64,000 bases of DNA from a bacterium. GTDB taxonomy: Bacteria > Electryoneota > Electryoneia > Electryoneales > Electryoneaceae. The notes below the pieces were generated by a model that saw nothing but the letters and a program-made list of their open reading frames with translations, was not told where the DNA came from and ran no database searches. This document shows positions 60,716 to 64,000 of this stretch, one piece after another. Where the stretch lies: positions 4,416,001 to 4,480,000 of the forward strand of contig OY769902.1 in assembly GCA_963669175.1 (NCBI GenBank). Direction: 5' to 3'. A program made the translations under genes and the position numbers. The first letter of the stretch is position 1. Each line of letters begins with the position of its first letter.

Positions 60716-60741
60716 AAGGTGACGGTTCTCTGTCACCTTTT
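60716..60741 (+). terminator. Intrinsic terminator
   Basis: AAGGTGACGG-TTCT-CTGTCACCTT followed by TT, ~30 bp after the stop. Confidence 0.65.
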
Positions 60742-60974
60742 GCTCTTCAGGGATCAGCAGTTCGGACCTTAAACAATGATACCACTCTCCTGGCCTGGTT
60801 ATTTCATAACGATACCCGAATGATTATTTTGTTTGATATTGTTCGACAACCGTGAGTTCACGGCTCGGGCAAACCGCAAAACGTGTTCTCTGATCATTGG
60901 ACCTGGTGAGCTCCTGACTTAACGAAGGGAGTTACACCAGGATTTCTGTTTATCCATTGGGGAGTGGAAGAACC

Positions 60975-62315
60975 ATGTCGATGATTACCCACAAGAAACG
61001 TCTTGGGATTCTTGTAGCAGGCGGTCCCGCACCAGGTATTAACAGTGTAATTGCCTCAGCATCCATTTTCGCACTGACAAAAGGTGTTGAAGTCGTAGGA
61101 ATCCTTGATGGTTTCAAGTACATCATGCGTGGTGATATTTCGCATACCAGGGAGCTGACGATTGGTCGTGTCAGTCGCATTCACTTTCAAGGTGGTTCGT
61201 ATATCGGAATCGCACGTGATAATCCCACCAAAGACCCCAGAGATTTACAGACAACTGTCAATTCCCTGCTCCGTCTGAACATCGACAAGTTGATTACCAT
61301 CGGTGGCGATGATACGGCGTTTTCGGCGATGAAGCTTGAGGAAGAGGCGAATGGACGTATCCGTGTCGTTCATGTCCCCAAGACCATTGACAACGACCTC
61401 TACCTTCCCCTGGGCATTCCGACATTCGGCTTCCAGACCGCCTGCAACACCGGTGTGGATGTCATTAAAAACCTGATGACGGATGCCCGGACCACTTCGC
61501 GCTGGTTTTTCGTGATCGCCATGGGACGAAAGGCCGGTCACCTGACAATGGGGTTGGGAAAGGCTGCCGGACCTACGTTAACCCTGATTCCGGAGGAATT
61601 CTCCGGGAAAAACAAAATTACACTTCCCAAGTTGGTCGATATTCTCGTTGGATCAATTATTAAAAGATTGAGCTATGGTTTTCAGGATGGGGTTGCAGTA
61701 CTGGCCGAGGGACTGCTGGAGGGAATGCCCAAATCCGACCTGAAGGAACTGGCAAAAGTAGAACGAGACGAGCATGACAATATTCGCTTCGATGAAATTG
61801 ACTTTGGCAATATTCTGAAACAGGAGGTTCAAAAACGCCTGGCCGCTTTCGGTATAAAAACAACCATTGTTGCCAAAAACCTTGGCTATGAACTGCGTTG
61901 TGCAGATCCGATTGCGTTTGATATGGAATATACACGAGACTTGGGATTCAATGCATCGCAACATATTCTGAATGGTGGAAATGGCGTCATGGCAAGTGTT
62001 CAAAATGAAAAATTTGTACCCATGAAACTAAAGGATATCCTTGATCCCAAGACAGGTCGGACACGCATCCGCCTGGTGGATATCAAGTCAGAAGGATACA
62101 ACATCCTTCGTAACTATATGATTCGCTTATCCCTTGATGACTTTGAGGATCCCCACGAGTTGGCCAAGTATGCCGCTACAGCCAACATGTCGGTTCAAAA
62201 ATTCCATGATCTTTTCCGCTATGTTGTTGAAAACGATCCCTATTACAACCATGAAACTGCCGTGAGACCAAAGAAGGAAATGATAGATGTTGTAGAAGCA
62301 GTAGAAGCTGTATAG
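60975..62315 (+). CDS. pfp: Pyrophosphate-dependent phosphofructokinase
   Basis: GGPAPGIN, IGGDDT (Asp), PKTIDND (Lys), MGRKAGH and GYELRC. The GGDD/PKTIDND pair is the PPi-specific signature. Confidence 0.88.
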   Translation: MSMITHKKRLGILVAGGPAPGINSVIASASIFALTKGVEVVGILDGFKYIMRGDISHTRELTIGRVSRIHFQGGSYIGIARDNPTKDPRDLQTTVNSLLRLNIDKLITIGGDDTAFSAMKLEEEANGRIRVVHVPKTIDNDLYLPLGIPTFGFQTACNTGVDVIKNLMTDARTTSRWFFVIAMGRKAGHLTMGLGKAAGPTLTLIPEEFSGKNKITLPKLVDILVGSIIKRLSYGFQDGVAVLAEGLLEGMPKSDLKELAKVERDEHDNIRFDEIDFGNILKQEVQKRLAAFGIKTTIVAKNLGYELRCADPIAFDMEYTRDLGFNASQHILNGGNGVMASVQNEKFVPMKLKDILDPKTGRTRIRLVDIKSEGYNILRNYMIRLSLDDFEDPHELAKYAATANMSVQKFHDLFRYVVENDPYYNHETAVRPKKEMIDVVEAVEAV

Positions 62316-62380
62316 TTACCCTGTTTCACCCGGGTATGCGTTTATAGTGATTGTGAAATGCACCCCCCATTGAACGAGAC

Positions 62381-62409
62381 AAGCCTCAGTTTATCCTGAG
62401 GCTTTTTTT
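62381..62409 (+). terminator. Intrinsic terminator after pfp
   Basis: AAGCCTCAG-TTTATC-CTGAGGCTT followed by a T-tract. Confidence 0.8.
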
Positions 62410-62447
62410 GCTCCCCGACGACGCGACATGACGGCGCGAGATTCCAG

Positions 62448-64000
62448 TCAATATTTCTCTTGTGGGGAAACGGGATGTTCAGAAATTGGATCGAGTGATA
62501 TCCTTTTGATCCCATCTATATAATCAATACTCTCATATTGCTTCAGGTTGAGCAGTCGTTCAACCAGCAAGTCCATCCGGTCAATCTGCTCACTGACACG
62601 ATTGTGATGACGAAGGACCTCGTCTTTATTGTCCAGGGACAAGTTGGCAACTTCTACTGCGGCCTGGATAATTGCCATTGGATTCCGGAATTCATGTGAA
62701 ATAGTAACTGCGAGTTGATTGGCGATCTGGAATTTCTCCGCCTCTCTTCGCAAACTCGCACTCGCTTGTTCGGACGCTTCTTTTTCTTTCCGCATTCGGA
62801 TATCCTGCACCACGGCCAGGTTGGCCGGGGCGCCCTGGTACTCAATTCTGACTGCACGAACTTCTACCGGGATTTCTTCGCCATCACTGGCTCGCAGGAT
62901 GGTTTCATACTGTTCCGGAGCAGGTTGACCGACCATGCGATTACGATAGAGTTCCATAAGATCCGTATGCAGCCTGTCCGGGAAAAAAGTATCGAGTCTT
63001 TTACCTATCAAATCCTCAGGCTGGTATTTTAATATGATCCAGGATGCAGGATTCACAAAAACAAGGATCTCATCCTGAATAATAACAATCAAGTCCGTAA
63101 GTCGTTCTACCATACTCCGATATTTAATCTCTGATTCCTGCACTTGCTTGTGTTTTTCTTGCACTTCACGAGTACGTTCCTGGACCAGATCTTCAAGATG
63201 AGCCTTATGGTCAAGCAGGGTCTGCTCTACTTCTTTCCGCATGCGGTTTTCGACTCGCAACGATTGCAGCGTATTCGACAGGTTTTCAGCCATCTGGTTG
63301 AAAGCATCTGCCAATATGCCAAGTTCACTGTTTTGCTGAGATTCTATTCGCCCGTCCAACTCGCCTCTGGAAAGCTGGGATGCTAAATGGGTGAGCCCTT
63401 GCAACGGTCGCGCAAAACGTACTCCGAAAAACCAGCCCATAAGTCCGGTGATTGGAATGAATGCTAGAAAGATGATTGCCCCAACCAGCAAAAAGCTGTG
63501 CATTCTCGAACGAATATAGTTCGCAGTTAAATCTACGCCGACAATACCTATTTGGTTTCCCTGTTGATCTTTTATTGGTGCATACCCGGTCAACCAGGTT
63601 CCCCAGTGGTCTGTATACAAGTCCTTTTCGACCAGAACAGTATCGAGGTTTGAAGCATTTTGCCGCAGGGTTTCACTGGCGTCGAAGTATTCTTCGTTCA
63701 GATGCGCCACTCGATCCGGTTGGGTTTCAGCATCTACGACAAAACGTATCTTGCCATCCGAATCCACCCGCATGGTATACACCTCACGAATGTCTGGATC
63801 AATCCGGCGCACGTCCTGAAGAACACGTTGTATCGTACGATACTCTGAAGAGTTCTCCTGGGCGGAATCGGTCACAACCTGATGCAAGTCGGGATCGATC
63901 AAGGTGGAAGTCAGGCTGACAATATTGCGCATACGGTGGCGTATATCGCTAAGCAGATACATGCTGCTCAACTTGGAGAACGCCACAGCTATCAACAACA
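62448..64000 (-). CDS. Membrane sensor (periplasmic Cache-like-HAMP-PAS-HisKA) without HATPase domain, 5'-truncated by the window edge
   Basis: YTDHWGTWLTGYAPI, HAMP ELGILADAFNQM, PAS, ISHEFRNP, then a stop ~80 aa later with no N/G/F boxes. Confidence 0.82.
   Translation of the reverse strand, partial: LLIAVAFSKLSSMYLLSDIRHRMRNIVSLTSTLIDPDLHQVVTDSAQENSSEYRTIQRVLQDVRRIDPDIREVYTMRVDSDGKIRFVVDAETQPDRVAHLNEEYFDASETLRQNASNLDTVLVEKDLYTDHWGTWLTGYAPIKDQQGNQIGIVGVDLTANYIRSRMHSFLLVGAIIFLAFIPITGLMGWFFGVRFARPLQGLTHLASQLSRGELDGRIESQQNSELGILADAFNQMAENLSNTLQSLRVENRMRKEVEQTLLDHKAHLEDLVQERTREVQEKHKQVQESEIKYRSMVERLTDLIVIIQDEILVFVNPASWIILKYQPEDLIGKRLDTFFPDRLHTDLMELYRNRMVGQPAPEQYETILRASDGEEIPVEVRAVRIEYQGAPANLAVVQDIRMRKEKEASEQASASLRREAEKFQIANQLAVTISHEFRNPMAIIQAAVEVANLSLDNKDEVLRHHNRVSEQIDRMDLLVERLLNLKQYESIDYIDGIKRISLDPISEHPVSPQEKY

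Noticed and set aside
60865-60940. c-di-GMP-I riboswitch upstream of pfp (GGCAAACC seed)
   Set aside because: The GNRA stem and downstream GCAAAG elements are not present. Only a generic hairpin (60902-60940) is seen.

Overview
Bacterial window of moderate GC. Four genes end in a YPNPFN-type 'secretion system C-terminal sorting' domain, which suggests an FCB-superphylum lineage (inference only). In order: (1) end of an operon with a DAP-decarboxylase-like enzyme and a urea-transporter/M23-peptidase fusion; (2) ygiQ radical SAM and a Na+/solute symporter; (3) a ~16-kb minus-strand nucleotide-sugar cluster (8.3-24.1 kb) with an antibiotic-type NDP-hexose 2,3-dehydratase and 3-ketoreductase, three DegT aminotransferases, three hexapeptide acetyltransferases, two ArnC/GtrB-like GT2s, an ArnE/F-like SMR pair and a GT-C-like membrane protein, but no recognisable Wzx/Wzy; (4) an RND efflux pair; (5) an accessory region of secreted proteins, two-component genes, dispersed palindromic repeats, a MITE-like element, IS630 and IS3; (6) a Cys-rich leader ORF ending in RPP, linked by a ~180-nt nested stem-loop to the ribosome-binding site of a TonB-dependent receptor and YHS-domain gene, a candidate metal-sensing ribosome-stalling switch; (7) an LVIVD-repeat secreted protein with an in-frame TGA followed by a SECIS-like hairpin; (8) PPi-dependent phosphofructokinase and a HisKA sensor lacking its ATPase domain. 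No rRNA, tRNA or CRISPR array was seen. All family calls come from recognising motifs by eye; no database searches were run.
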